Positions 1-9,003 of a stretch of DNA of 37,683 nucleotides are shown piece by piece. Each line of letters opens with the position of its first letter. Position 1 is the first letter of the stretch. The notes beneath the pieces are model-generated. The model did not search any database and was not told where the DNA came from. It saw nothing but the letters and a program-made list of their open reading frames with translations. Location of the stretch: IMG/VR virus record IMGVR_UViG_3300027627_000010, positions 1 to 37,683 of that record, one strand, 5' to 3'. The translations under genes were made by a program, and so were the position numbers. The DNA is from a virus. Its lineage: Duplodnaviria > Caudoviricetes.

Positions 1-554
1 ATTTGCAGTTCCGTTATCTGCAAGACTCGATGGAGATTGACCCGGAAGCTTTGCACGACGAATACTTCCTTGAACCCAAGGGCGGCATTGATCAGGTGAG
101 CAAACAGTTCCTGATGCAGAAAGCTGTTCAACGGAAACAAATCTTTGCTCAATCACCTTGGATTGACCAAGCGGAACTCGACAAGTCCATCCTCGAACTG
201 GATGACCCGTCGCTCATCAAGCGCGTGTTTAAAGATCCGAACGAGAAGATGCAAGACCAGTCCGAGGACGAGATGCGCGGTATTCCCGCTATGCTTATAG
301 GATCTCCGCTTCGCGTTCAGCAAGGACAAGATTACCAGACTCGCCTTGGTGTGCTAATGCAGTATGTGCAGAAAGAATCGGGAACAGGACGCCAACTTCC
401 ACCAGAGGGTGTGCAGCGAATCATGGAACGAATTGAAGGCCTTCTTAAGGGTATGGAAAGTATTGATATGAATGGGGCGCGCAAGCTTCGCAAAGAAATT
501 GAAGGGTTTTTTGCTCAAGCGCAGAAGGCTCAGTCCCAGCCGCAGCAGGAAGGG
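1..554. repeat. Terminal direct repeat, left copy (assembly overlap of a circular or permuted genome)
   Basis: 1-554 aligns without gaps to 37130-37683 (offset 37129). I count 11 substitutions, at positions 128, 188, 209, 281, 287, 341, 344, 347, 356, 431 and 534. Confidence 0.97.
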
Positions 555-653
555 GTTGGCGGATCATCCCAAGATGCTATGATTCAAGAAGCCTTAAATC
601 AGGGTATTCCACCAGAGCAGATTCAACAGTTCTTACAACAACAACAAATATGA
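3..653 (+). CDS. Portal protein, C-terminal part (continues the ORF starting at 35851 across the circular junction)
   Basis: Same frame and sequence as the 3' end of the 35851 ORF through the terminal repeat. The joined gene is about 643 aa with a Gln-rich tail and lies between terL and the scaffold gene. Confidence 0.9.
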   Translation: MQFRYLQDSMEIDPEALHDEYFLEPKGGIDQVSKQFLMQKAVQRKQIFAQSPWIDQAELDKSILELDDPSLIKRVFKDPNEKMQDQSEDEMRGIPAMLIGSPLRVQQGQDYQTRLGVLMQYVQKESGTGRQLPPEGVQRIMERIEGLLKGMESIDMNGARKLRKEIEGFFAQAQKAQSQPQQEGVGGSSQDAMIQEALNQGIPPEQIQQFLQQQQI

Positions 654-1114
654 CTCCTGAAAGACCAACGCCACCAAATTCTGTAACGCCTCCTCCATTA
701 AAACAGGGTGGAGCTAGGCAACCTAGCCCTCCGCCTCCTCCAGCAAACAGGCGAGGAAACGTAAAGCAAGGTGGAGCTGTGCCGCCTAGTCTTCCTCCAA
801 CTGCAGTAAACAGGCGAGGAAACGTGAAGCAGGGTGGAGCTGTGCCGCCCGGCCTTCCTCCACCTCCTAAGACAGCTCCAGCATATCAAGTTCTACCGGA
901 ACCAAGGATCAAGGCAGGAGCACCTTCTTTTAATATGGGAACTATGCTAGGGCGAACAATGCCGCAGATCGGTCAGATGCCTGCTTATGGCCCGATGCTG
1001 CCCGGTGGAGGAGAAGCGGAAGCTCTTGCTAGGGCTCAGGCACAAATGGCGGAAGCACGCCCCAAATATTCTCAAGGAAGAAACAATTCCATCTTTGGTG
1101 AAGTTGTGGAGTAG
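650..1114 (+). CDS. Proline-rich hypothetical protein with internal repeats
   Basis: ATGA overlap with the portal stop; NRRGNVKQGGAVPP occurs twice at 63-bp spacing (745-786, 808-849). Confidence 0.7.
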   Translation: MTPERPTPPNSVTPPPLKQGGARQPSPPPPPANRRGNVKQGGAVPPSLPPTAVNRRGNVKQGGAVPPGLPPPPKTAPAYQVLPEPRIKAGAPSFNMGTMLGRTMPQIGQMPAYGPMLPGGGEAEALARAQAQMAEARPKYSQGRNNSIFGEVVE

Positions 1115-1122
1115 TAACGAGT

Positions 1123-1407
1123 ATGATTCGTCATCTAAAAGCAATGTGGCAGTTTGCCAAGTATCAAGCTTGGATCGATTGCCCTCAATGGGATAATGAA
1201 GATGCCATTGCTCTCAAGTTGTTTCTTAAAAGCAAAGCGGGTGCGCGATTGAAAGCAACACTGCTGAACGGAGTCATCCGCCAGCAAGCTTCTGCGCTCG
1301 TAAATGAAAATAGGGTTGACAGACAAGTTGGTTATGCTAATGGTTTTCGAGGCTGCGTATCGTTTATCGAATCTCTAACTGAGGTTTCAGACAGCGAAGC
1401 CGAATAA
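1123..1407 (+). CDS. Hypothetical head-module protein
   Basis: 94-aa ORF between portal and scaffold, a position commonly holding a small conserved gene. Confidence 0.75.
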   Translation: MIRHLKAMWQFAKYQAWIDCPQWDNEDAIALKLFLKSKAGARLKATLLNGVIRQQASALVNENRVDRQVGYANGFRGCVSFIESLTEVSDSEAE

Positions 1408-1409
1408 TT

Positions 1410-1504
1410 TCACTAGGTCGAGGTCGGGACTCGACGGCCAAGTGAGTAAAGAGTCCCAAGTTGACGGACGCAGGGTGTGCGACCTGCGGACGAGATTAGC
1501 ACAT
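1410..1504 (+). promoter_or_regulatory. Putative structured RNA leader (two tandem H-type pseudoknots) upstream of the scaffold gene
   Basis: Stem TCACT-A-GGTCG (1410-1420) / CGGCC-A-AGTGA (1435-1445), whose loop GGGACTC (1426-1432) pairs with GAGTCCC (1451-1457). Second stem CGCAGG (1469-1474) / CCTGCG (1483-1488), whose loop GTGTGC pairs with GCACAT (1499-1504). Confidence 0.5.
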
Positions 1505-1511
1505 AGTAAAA

Positions 1512-2441
1512 ATGGAAGAACAAGCAGATCCGACACGGGAATCGCTCTTGGCTGACGCCGAGGCGCACGACGCAACTGGTGAGTTTAGTGCCGAAAAGGT
1601 ATCTAAATCAGAAGAGAAAGTCTCGGAGGCATCCGATGACAAACCTTCAAAGCCAGATGCTCAACCTGAGAAGGAGACTGAGAGTTCTTCTGTCAGTGAA
1701 GTAAAAGAAGGTGAGTCGCCAAAGGAATCAAAGCCTAAAAGCAAATGGGCGGCGAACGAAGAGCGCAAGTCAAAGACTTGGAACGAACTCAACGCTGATA
1801 AAGAGGCGTTGAAAAAGGAGCGCGAAGCGTTTAGCTCTGAGCAGTCCCGACTCAAGAACGAGAGGGATGAGTTCACTAAAACTAAAGCGCAGCCTAATTC
1901 CGAGTTTAGAGACGAGAAGGGTCACACGGTCAGGGATTACGAGGACGCAGCGAAGCGTTTTGACAACGATGGGGACGATGAGCTTGCTAAGATGGCTCGC
2001 GACAAGGCTGGAAAGCTGAAATCGTTAGAAATTGAAAGCAGGCAGCAGCATGAGACGCAGCAGTTTAACCAGCAATGGCTGAACAGCTATACTCAACTAG
2101 CTGAAAAAGACCCAGACTTGAAGAACGAGTCGAGCGATACATACCAGCAGGTTCTTAACCTGCTAACAAGGTATCCCCTCTTAACTAGGGATCCGAATGG
2201 ACTCAATTACGCCTACGAAGCCGTAGCTATTAGCAATAAAGGCCGAGGTCAAGAAGCGACTCAAACAGAAAACGCGAAGCTCCGTGCGGAGTTAGCAAAA
2301 TACGAGAAAAAACTGGCTATTGGCGGCGGGGTTGCTTCCGAACCTTTGCAGGGTGAGAAGTCGTTTGACAAGTTGTCTCAAGATGAGCAACGGAAACGAC
2401 TCATATCCTCTGCGGAAGAGTTTGACAGGTACGCTCGCTGA
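1512..2441 (+). CDS. Capsid scaffolding protein
   Basis: Acidic disordered N-terminus followed by charged coiled coil; directly upstream of the major capsid gene. Confidence 0.8.
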   Translation: MEEQADPTRESLLADAEAHDATGEFSAEKVSKSEEKVSEASDDKPSKPDAQPEKETESSSVSEVKEGESPKESKPKSKWAANEERKSKTWNELNADKEALKKEREAFSSEQSRLKNERDEFTKTKAQPNSEFRDEKGHTVRDYEDAAKRFDNDGDDELAKMARDKAGKLKSLEIESRQQHETQQFNQQWLNSYTQLAEKDPDLKNESSDTYQQVLNLLTRYPLLTRDPNGLNYAYEAVAISNKGRGQEATQTENAKLRAELAKYEKKLAIGGGVASEPLQGEKSFDKLSQDEQRKRLISSAEEFDRYAR

Positions 2442-2469
2442 CGTAGCCTCAACTTGGAGATAAAACATT

Positions 2470-3525
2470 ATGGCAGTCACGACTAGTTCTACACTCAGCG
2501 GTCAGTACCAAGCTTATTTCAGCAAGGAATTGCTCAAGTACGCGACTCAAGCCCTCGTCCTCGACCAGTTTGCTAAGAAAGCTGCGCTTCCTAAGCAGGC
2601 CGGTAACAAGAGCATCACGATGTTCCGTTTCGGTGTGCCTAGCACCTCCGGTATTGCGGCCTTGACGGAAGGCACTGCGATTACGGCGGCTAACTATCGC
2701 GCCCTCTCGCTCACCAGCATCACGAAGAGCCTCTCCCAGTACGGTCAGGTCATCGGTCTTACCGATATCCTTACTGCGTCTGGCTTGTTCAACGCGATGG
2801 AGCAGGCTTCAAAGTCCACCGGCGAAGATGCCGCTCTGCACTTCGATACCATCACCCGCAACATCCTTGTCGGCTCCAACGTCGGCGGCACTGCGGTCGA
2901 AAACACTCCGCTCGACAACAGCGACACGCTGTCCGAGCGTTTTGCTAACGGCGCGGCCAGCTACTCGGCACTCAACAGCGATACAACTGCGACCTCGAAG
3001 ATGAGCGTTGCGGATGTGCTGGATGCGGTCACGAACCTGAAAATCAATCGCGCTCCTGAAATCAGCGGCTCGTATGTTGGCGTTATCGCTCCTCAAGTGT
3101 CCCGCGATCTCCAGCGCGATACCGACTGGCTCGACGCTGCGAAGAACAGCAACCCTTCCGCTCTGTACAAGGGCGAAATTGGTTCTATCTACGGCGTGCG
3201 CTTCGTCGAAACCACGAACCCGTTCATCAGCGTTGGTTCTGCCACCGCTGCTGACCGCTATGTGTACTCTGTTGCCGGCACGAACAACCTCGCTGCTGGT
3301 GCGGACATCTACACCAGCCTGTTCCTTGGCGGCGATGCGTACGGCGTCCCGATGCTCACTGGTGACAGCCCGATGTCGCCTAAGGTCATCATCACGGACT
3401 CGGCTGACAAGTCCGATCCGCTCAACCAGACCGTCACTGTGGGCTTTAAGTCCTACTGGACGGCTCTGCGCCTGAACCCGACGTATTACATCGTGTTCCG
3501 CAGCAAGTCTGGCTACGCGGCCTAA
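2470..3525 (+). CDS. Major capsid protein (N4-gp56-like family)
   Basis: 351 aa with LDQFAKKAALPKQAGNKSITMFRF, LSQYG, YKGEIGSIYGVRFVET and DKSDPLNQ..TVGFK motifs; strongly biased codon usage. Confidence 0.92.
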   Translation: MAVTTSSTLSGQYQAYFSKELLKYATQALVLDQFAKKAALPKQAGNKSITMFRFGVPSTSGIAALTEGTAITAANYRALSLTSITKSLSQYGQVIGLTDILTASGLFNAMEQASKSTGEDAALHFDTITRNILVGSNVGGTAVENTPLDNSDTLSERFANGAASYSALNSDTTATSKMSVADVLDAVTNLKINRAPEISGSYVGVIAPQVSRDLQRDTDWLDAAKNSNPSALYKGEIGSIYGVRFVETTNPFISVGSATAADRYVYSVAGTNNLAAGADIYTSLFLGGDAYGVPMLTGDSPMSPKVIITDSADKSDPLNQTVTVGFKSYWTALRLNPTYYIVFRSKSGYAA

Positions 3526-3542
3526 TAGCTAGCGAGCTAGTT

Positions 3543-3899
3543 ATGCACGATAAAGGTGTAACAGTAGTTATCGTCACGGGCGGGGCAGGTGGCCCCGCCC
3601 GTATGGGCGGTGACAAAACTTCCAAGAAGAAAGCGTGTCCTTGTATGATTATGATTCCCGTTTCAGCATTGTCTGGCTCTAGCGAAGGCGGAGAGTCTAT
3701 GGCTCCAGAAGTCGGTGACAGCATCCAGCTCGAGAACGTCATGGGACGTGTCGATTCCATCAAGGGGAATATGGCTCATGTCGAAATTCAATCCGTAAAT
3801 GGAGAGGAAGCTGAGTACATGGATAAAGAAGGCGGTGACCGCGAAGAGATGATGGATATGGCGAAGAAGGTTGACGAAGAAGCTGGTTACATGGAGTAA
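3543..3899 (+). CDS. Acidic hypothetical virion-associated protein (paralog A)
   Basis: Follows the capsid gene; its C-terminal 85 aa resemble the next ORF. Start could be 3543 or 3645/3651. Confidence 0.7.
   Translation: MHDKGVTVVIVTGGAGGPARMGGDKTSKKKACPCMIMIPVSALSGSSEGGESMAPEVGDSIQLENVMGRVDSIKGNMAHVEIQSVNGEEAEYMDKEGGDREEMMDMAKKVDEEAGYME
3576..3602 (+). other. GC-rich perfect 11-bp hairpin downstream of the capsid gene
   Basis: ACGGGCGGGGC-AGGTG-GCCCCGCCCGT; no U-tract follows. Confidence 0.5.
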
Positions 3900-3905
3900 T
3901 AGCCT

Positions 3906-4154
3906 ATGCCAATCAAGGTACCCGTTTCTGCTCTAGCTGGTTTCGATGAGTCCGGAGAGTCGGGTAGCCCTGCTGCTGGCGATTCAATCACGCTCAGTGA
4001 GGTTGAAGGAATCGTGTCTTCCATAGACGGAGACACGGCTGAGATTGAGATTACTTCTGTGAACGGAGAATCTCTGGTTGATGACGCAATGTCTGAGAGA
4101 GACGCTCTTCTTAATTCAGCTATGCAGGAAGATGAAGATGCTGCTGCTTATTGA
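3906..4154 (+). CDS. Acidic hypothetical protein (paralog B)
   Basis: Shares the pattern PVSAL.G..E.GES..P..GDSI.L..V.G.V.SI.G..A..EI.SVNGE with the previous ORF. Confidence 0.8.
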   Translation: MPIKVPVSALAGFDESGESGSPAAGDSITLSEVEGIVSSIDGDTAEIEITSVNGESLVDDAMSERDALLNSAMQEDEDAAAY

Positions 4155-4157
4155 GCT

Positions 4158-4400
4158 ATGGAAAAGCGATTTACTAAAATAGTTAAAAACCCTGAGACGG
4201 GTCGGACTAAAACTGTCAAGTACGGTCAGGCCGGTGCAGCAAAAGACGGTGGAGACAGAATCAGGCCGGGGACAGCTAAAGGTGACGCTTACTGCGCTCG
4301 TTCAGCTAAAATCAAGGGCGACTGGAAAAGCGACCCTAACTCTCCAAACAATCTGTCCCGCAAAAAGTGGCATTGCAGCGGAAGCAAATCGACAAAATAA
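4158..4400 (+). CDS. Small basic conserved phage protein
   Basis: PGTAKGDAYCARS...SPNNLSRKKWHC motif, recurrent in aquatic phage head modules (from memory). Confidence 0.75.
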   Translation: MEKRFTKIVKNPETGRTKTVKYGQAGAAKDGGDRIRPGTAKGDAYCARSAKIKGDWKSDPNSPNNLSRKKWHCSGSKSTK

Positions 4401-4403
4401 TCT

Positions 4404-4649
4404 ATGCCAATCCGCGAATATGAAATGCCTAATGGCGGGATTGTAGAGATTGTCGAGAGCGGCAAAACTGCCATCCCTAAGGGTTGGAAGCGTTTGATGA
4501 GCATAGGTAGCTTCTCGACTGGATCCGTCAAGGAACAAGGGATGAGCGAGAAAGTCAAAGAAGGCTACTACAAGCGTGAGTGCGAAAGTGGTAGCCGGTT
4601 CTCTAGCAAGTATTCCAAGAAACAAATTAAAACCGCATGGGGCTGGTAA
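4404..4649 (+). CDS. Hypothetical protein
   Basis: 81-aa ORF tightly packed in the operon. Confidence 0.7.
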   Translation: MPIREYEMPNGGIVEIVESGKTAIPKGWKRLMSIGSFSTGSVKEQGMSEKVKEGYYKRECESGSRFSSKYSKKQIKTAWGW

Positions 4650-4658
4650 CCTTTTTTT

Positions 4659-7600
4659 ATGGCTGACAAGAAAATTTCCGCACTAACAGCACTCACCACA
4701 ATCGCTGCTGGCGACTTGCTCGTAACAGTTGACGTAAGCGACACAACTCAAGCGGCGAGCGGCACCACAAAGAAGATTACGGCTGGAGAGCTTCTTTCTG
4801 CTCCGAGTCCGATTGGCTCAGTGACTCCTTCCAGCGGTGCATTCACTACTATCACTGCTACTGGCGGCAGCATTACTGGCATCACTGACTTAGCGATTGC
4901 TGATGGTGGTACTGGCGCATCTACAGCCGCTGGAGCCAGAACCAATCTTGGACTTGGCACAGCAGCAACTAACAACACGGGAGACTTTGCTACGGCTGTC
5001 CACACTCACGCCACCAGCGACATCACGTCTGGCACGATGGCACCTGCTCGACTTGGCTCAGGCACTGCTGATGCGACTACTTTTCTTCGGGGAGATTCAA
5101 CGTGGGCAGCTAATCCTTCCGGCACAGTTACAAGCGTCAGCGTAACGACTGCTGCTGGTGTTTCTGGGTCTGTTGCCAACGCGACTACAACTCCTGCAAT
5201 CACAGTTTCACTAGGCGCAATTACTCCTACCTCAGTTAATGCCGTAGTCCTTTCCGGCTCGTCAACTCCTACCCTAGCTGTCACTGGCACTACAACGGTG
5301 TCAGGAGCTAATACGGGCGATCAGACGAACATTACTGGCAATGCCGCCACGGTCACGACCAACGCGAATCTTACGGGTGGAGTCACTAGCATCGGCAACG
5401 CAGCAACCGTAATTACCAACGCTAACCTCACAGGCGGTGTGACTAGCGTTGGCAATGCTGCAACTGTAATCACGAATGCAAACTTAACTGGCGGTGTGAC
5501 TAGTGTAGGCAATGCAGCAACTGTAATTACTAATGCGAATCTCACAGGCGGTGTGACGAGCGTGGGTAACGCAGCAACGGTTATCACGAATGCGAATCTT
5601 ACTGGTGGTGTGACGAGCGTAGGCAATGCCGCTACAGTAATTACCAACGCCAACCTAACGGGTCATGTGACATCCTCTGGTAACGCTGCTGCGCTGGGCA
5701 GTTTTACCTCGGCGCAACTGGCGACTGCGCTCTCAGACGAGACTGGGTCTGGCGCAAGTGTGTTTGCCATAAGCCCAGTGCTGACCACGCCGAACCTCGG
5801 CACACCTTCGGCTGTTGTCCTGACTAACGCATCTGGCACTGCTTCAATTAACATTAACGGCACGGTTGGAGCTACGACTCCTGCGGCTGGTGCGTTTACA
5901 TCGGTGTCATCTACTGGAGGCGCAAACCTTGCAACGAGCAGCGGTAATGTTGGTATATCAACACCTAGTCCGACCTACAAACTTACAGTGACGGACGGGT
6001 CGAGTCAGATTGCCGCAACTGATGGGACATCTATAGGATACATAAACGCTTCCAGTGCTCAAGTACAGTTTGGAGCTACTCCAGCAATCCCGATTAATTT
6101 TGCGATAAATGCGACTAACCTAGCAACCATATTACCTAGCGGAAGAGTTGGCATTGGAACAGCTAGTCCAACATACAAACTAACAGTGACGGATGGGTCA
6201 AGTCAGATTGCCGCAACTGATGGGACATCTATAGGGTACATAAACGCTTCCAGTGCTCAAGCAATGTTTGGAGCTACTCCAGCAATCCCGATAAATTTCG
6301 CGATAAATGCGAATACTCTAGCAACTATATTACCTAGCGGCAACATGGGCATTGGAACGCCTACTCCTTCTCAAAAGCTAGACGTAGTTGGCACGGCAAA
6401 AGTCACGACTTTGATGTTCGGCGATGCGACAACGATGACGACTGCTGGCGCAGCGGCCTCCCACACACACGCAGCGGCAGACATTGTTTCTGGAACAGTT
6501 GCAACTGCGCGACTCGGATCCGGCACGGCATCTAGCGGCAACTTCCTTCGAGGCGACAGTACGTGGGTAGCTATCTCTGGTGGTGGAGATTTGTTGGCAG
6601 CTAACAATCTGTCTGACCTCAACAACGCTACGACTGCTAAGGCTAACCTAGCGATTATCCCATCTGACGTTGGACTAGGTAACGTCAGCAACAATCTTCA
6701 GCTTACCGCAGCAAACAACCTTAGTGACCTCAACAACGCTACGACTGCTAAGGCTAACCTAGCGATTATCCCATCTGACGTTGGGTTAGGCAATGTTAGT
6801 AACAACCTACAACTTACTGCTGCAAATAACCTTAGTGACCTCAACAACGCTACGACTGCTAAGACTAACCTAGCGATTATCCCATCTGATGTCGGGTTAG
6901 GTAACGTCAGTAACAACCTTCAGCTTACCGCCGCGAATAACCTTAGTGACCTCAACAACGCCACAACCGCTAAGACTAACCTAGCTATCGTCCCTTCTGA
7001 TGTTGGACTAGGGAATGTCAGTAACAATCTTCAGCTTACTGCTGCTAACAACCTTGGCGACCTTACTAACTCTACAACTGCCAGAACCAACCTTAGCCTT
7101 GGCACGATGGCTACGCAGGCTGCTTCGGCTGTTGCAATCACTGGCGGCACGATTAGCAACTCTGCGACTACCGCGACGAACCTGAATACTGCTAGCGCAA
7201 TTGTTGCGCGTGATGCGTCTGGAAACTTTACTGCCGGAACCATTACAGCAGCCCTCACTGGCACGGCAAGCGGGAATTTGGTCAGCGGCGGCGCACTTGG
7301 CACACCCTCAAGCGGCACAGTCACGAATCTTACCGGCACAGCGAGCATCAACATCAACGGCACGGTTGGCGCAACGACACCTGCGACTGGTGCGTTTACG
7401 TCGCTGTCGTCTACTACAGGAGCTAACCTTGCAACGAGCAGCGGCTCCGTCGGCATCGGGGAGACGGCACCAGCTGAAAAATTACAAGTCAGTTCTACTG
7501 GTGGCACAAGTAAAATACAATTACTTACAACCGACGCAACAAATGCTACCAACGGCTCATATCTTGATTTGGCTCTCGGTACTACTGCTTATGGAAGTGG

Positions 7601-8114
7601 AATGAGAGCATACGTACAAGCAGGGCAAGCATATGATTGGCAAAATCTTGAGTTTTATACAACACAATATCCAAATATCCGTGCTCCGAGAATAACAATC
7701 GGGACGGGCGGCTACGTCGGCATCGGGACAACGAGTCCGGCAGCAACCCTAGACGTAGTTGGCACGGCTAAAATCAACGGGCTAAACATCGGCTACCTGA
7801 ACATTCCTCAGACTGGCTCTGCGAAGACCGCTTCCTACAGCCTTGTCGACGGTGATGTTGGCAAGTTTGTAGAGCTTGGGACGGGCGGATTAGTCGTTGT
7901 CCCCGCCTCGGTTTTCGCTACGGGCGATGTGGTGAGTATGATTAACAACACGGCTGCAACCATAGCTTGCACCTGCTCGGCGATCACGACGGTTTACAAA
8001 GGTGGAACGAACACCAACATCTCATCCACGGGATTCAGCATCACGACGCGAGGGATGGCGACGTTGTTTTTCGTGAACGCAACCACGGCTGTTGTTACAG
8101 GAAATCTGGCGTGA
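4659..8114 (+). CDS. Long tail fibre / receptor-binding protein
   Basis: 1151 aa, Thr/Ala/Gly/Ser-rich; MADKKISAL N-terminus, GNVGI/GIGT..P..KL repeats, ARTNLGLG motifs and several tandem repeats. Confidence 0.88.
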   Translation: MADKKISALTALTTIAAGDLLVTVDVSDTTQAASGTTKKITAGELLSAPSPIGSVTPSSGAFTTITATGGSITGITDLAIADGGTGASTAAGARTNLGLGTAATNNTGDFATAVHTHATSDITSGTMAPARLGSGTADATTFLRGDSTWAANPSGTVTSVSVTTAAGVSGSVANATTTPAITVSLGAITPTSVNAVVLSGSSTPTLAVTGTTTVSGANTGDQTNITGNAATVTTNANLTGGVTSIGNAATVITNANLTGGVTSVGNAATVITNANLTGGVTSVGNAATVITNANLTGGVTSVGNAATVITNANLTGGVTSVGNAATVITNANLTGHVTSSGNAAALGSFTSAQLATALSDETGSGASVFAISPVLTTPNLGTPSAVVLTNASGTASININGTVGATTPAAGAFTSVSSTGGANLATSSGNVGISTPSPTYKLTVTDGSSQIAATDGTSIGYINASSAQVQFGATPAIPINFAINATNLATILPSGRVGIGTASPTYKLTVTDGSSQIAATDGTSIGYINASSAQAMFGATPAIPINFAINANTLATILPSGNMGIGTPTPSQKLDVVGTAKVTTLMFGDATTMTTAGAAASHTHAAADIVSGTVATARLGSGTASSGNFLRGDSTWVAISGGGDLLAANNLSDLNNATTAKANLAIIPSDVGLGNVSNNLQLTAANNLSDLNNATTAKANLAIIPSDVGLGNVSNNLQLTAANNLSDLNNATTAKTNLAIIPSDVGLGNVSNNLQLTAANNLSDLNNATTAKTNLAIVPSDVGLGNVSNNLQLTAANNLGDLTNSTTARTNLSLGTMATQAASAVAITGGTISNSATTATNLNTASAIVARDASGNFTAGTITAALTGTASGNLVSGGALGTPSSGTVTNLTGTASININGTVGATTPATGAFTSLSSTTGANLATSSGSVGIGETAPAEKLQVSSTGGTSKIQLLTTDATNATNGSYLDLALGTTAYGSGMRAYVQAGQAYDWQNLEFYTTQYPNIRAPRITIGTGGYVGIGTTSPAATLDVVGTAKINGLNIGYLNIPQTGSAKTASYSLVDGDVGKFVELGTGGLVVVPASVFATGDVVSMINNTAATIACTCSAITTVYKGGTNTNISSTGFSITTRGMATLFFVNATTAVVTGNLA
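5340..5681 (+). repeat. Six 57-bp coding tandem repeats (NAATVITNANLTGGVTSVG)
   Basis: Six 19-aa units; protein nearly invariant while codon third positions are heavily diverged. Confidence 0.92.
5965..6340 (+). repeat. Internal duplication at 198-bp period
   Basis: 5965-6142 matches 6163-6340 (SPTYKLTVTDGSSQIAATDGTSIGYINASSAQ...ILPSG), with high nucleotide identity. Confidence 0.9.
6597..7095 (+). repeat. About 4.5 copies of a 111-bp coding tandem repeat (AANNLSDLNNATTAKANLAIIPSDVGLGNVSNNLQLT)
   Basis: Units start at 6597, 6708, 6819, 6930 and 7041 (partial). Confidence 0.92.
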
Positions 8115-9001
8115 GTGGCATTTTGCTAACATTTCTAGGGCAAGGCGGGAGCGACTCTATTGTATCCCTAGTGGAATACCTAGTAGTTGCGGGAGGCGGC
8201 GGTGGGTCAGCCACCGGCGGTGGTGGATACGGCGGCGGAGGTGGCGGAGGTGCGGGTGGTTATCTCACTGCATCTGGGCTTTCTGTCACAGCCGGAACGC
8301 CGTACACGGTGACGATTGGAGCTGCTGGAGCGGGAGGAACCACTGCGGGAGCAAACGGGACAAGTGGCAGTAATTCTGTTTTTTCTAGCGTAACATCAAC
8401 CGGTGGCGGACGCGGGGTTTCGCATAGCAGTGCTGCTGCTAATGGTGGCTCTGGTGGAGGCAAGGGCTATGGTACATACTCCACATTTGGCACAGGTATA
8501 TCAGGCCAAGGTAACAACGGTGGTTCCGGCACTTTTGATTCGGCTGGCGGCGGCGGCGGAGCAAGCGCAGTAGGTGGGAATGGCACTAGTACGGGTTCTG
8601 GATTGTTCCCAGCCACAGGCGGGGCTGGCGGTGCGGGAACATCAAGTTCTATTTCCGGTTCTTCTGTTACTTATGCGGGCGGTGGCGGTGGTGGTGGCTA
8701 TGCGGGGGGCGGCGGTGGGGTAAATGGAAGTGCTGGGGGTGTTGGTGGTGGGGGGGCTGGTGGCGGGGCTGCTGTAGCCGGAAGCTCCGGGACGGCAAAT
8801 ACCGGCGGCGGAGGTGGCGGCGGCGGTGGTGCCAATTTATCAACTTTTTACGCTGGCGGGAATGGCGGCTCTGGTATAGTCGCTGTCCGGTATGCTGACA
8901 CGTTTTCTGCGGCTGCATCAACCACTGGCTCTCCAACCATCACTGTGGCGGGCGGGTACAGGGTTTACCACTGGACATCGTCGGGAACTATTACTTTCTA
9001 G
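8111..9001 (+). CDS. Glycine-rich tail-associated protein
   Basis: GTG start overlaps the tail fibre stop (GTGA). Contains VEYLVVAGGGGG, ANTGGGGGG and GGSGIVAVRY motifs. The track start at 7967 is probably too far upstream. Confidence 0.82.
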   Translation: MSGILLTFLGQGGSDSIVSLVEYLVVAGGGGGSATGGGGYGGGGGGGAGGYLTASGLSVTAGTPYTVTIGAAGAGGTTAGANGTSGSNSVFSSVTSTGGGRGVSHSSAAANGGSGGGKGYGTYSTFGTGISGQGNNGGSGTFDSAGGGGGASAVGGNGTSTGSGLFPATGGAGGAGTSSSISGSSVTYAGGGGGGGYAGGGGGVNGSAGGVGGGGAGGGAAVAGSSGTANTGGGGGGGGGANLSTFYAGGNGGSGIVAVRYADTFSAAASTTGSPTITVAGGYRVYHWTSSGTITF

Positions 9002-9003
9002 CA

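Noticed and set aside
1445-1470. GTCCCAAG as a twister ribozyme core
   Set aside because: The other twister elements could not be placed in the right order.
3576-3602. Rho-independent terminator after the capsid gene
   Set aside because: No U-tract follows the stem, so it is kept only as a hairpin.
5965-6340. Near-identical pair as a DGR template/variable repeat
   Set aside because: No reverse transcriptase is present, both copies lie in one ORF, and the differences are mostly synonymous rather than adenine-specific.
5340-7095. Regularly spaced repeats as a CRISPR array
   Set aside because: The units are contiguous, multiples of 3 and in frame, with no unique spacers; they are coding repeats.
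4748-7552. Val/Ala/Pro-rich antisense ORFs in the tail fibre
   Set aside because: Expected mirror frames of a Thr/Ala/Gly-rich gene.
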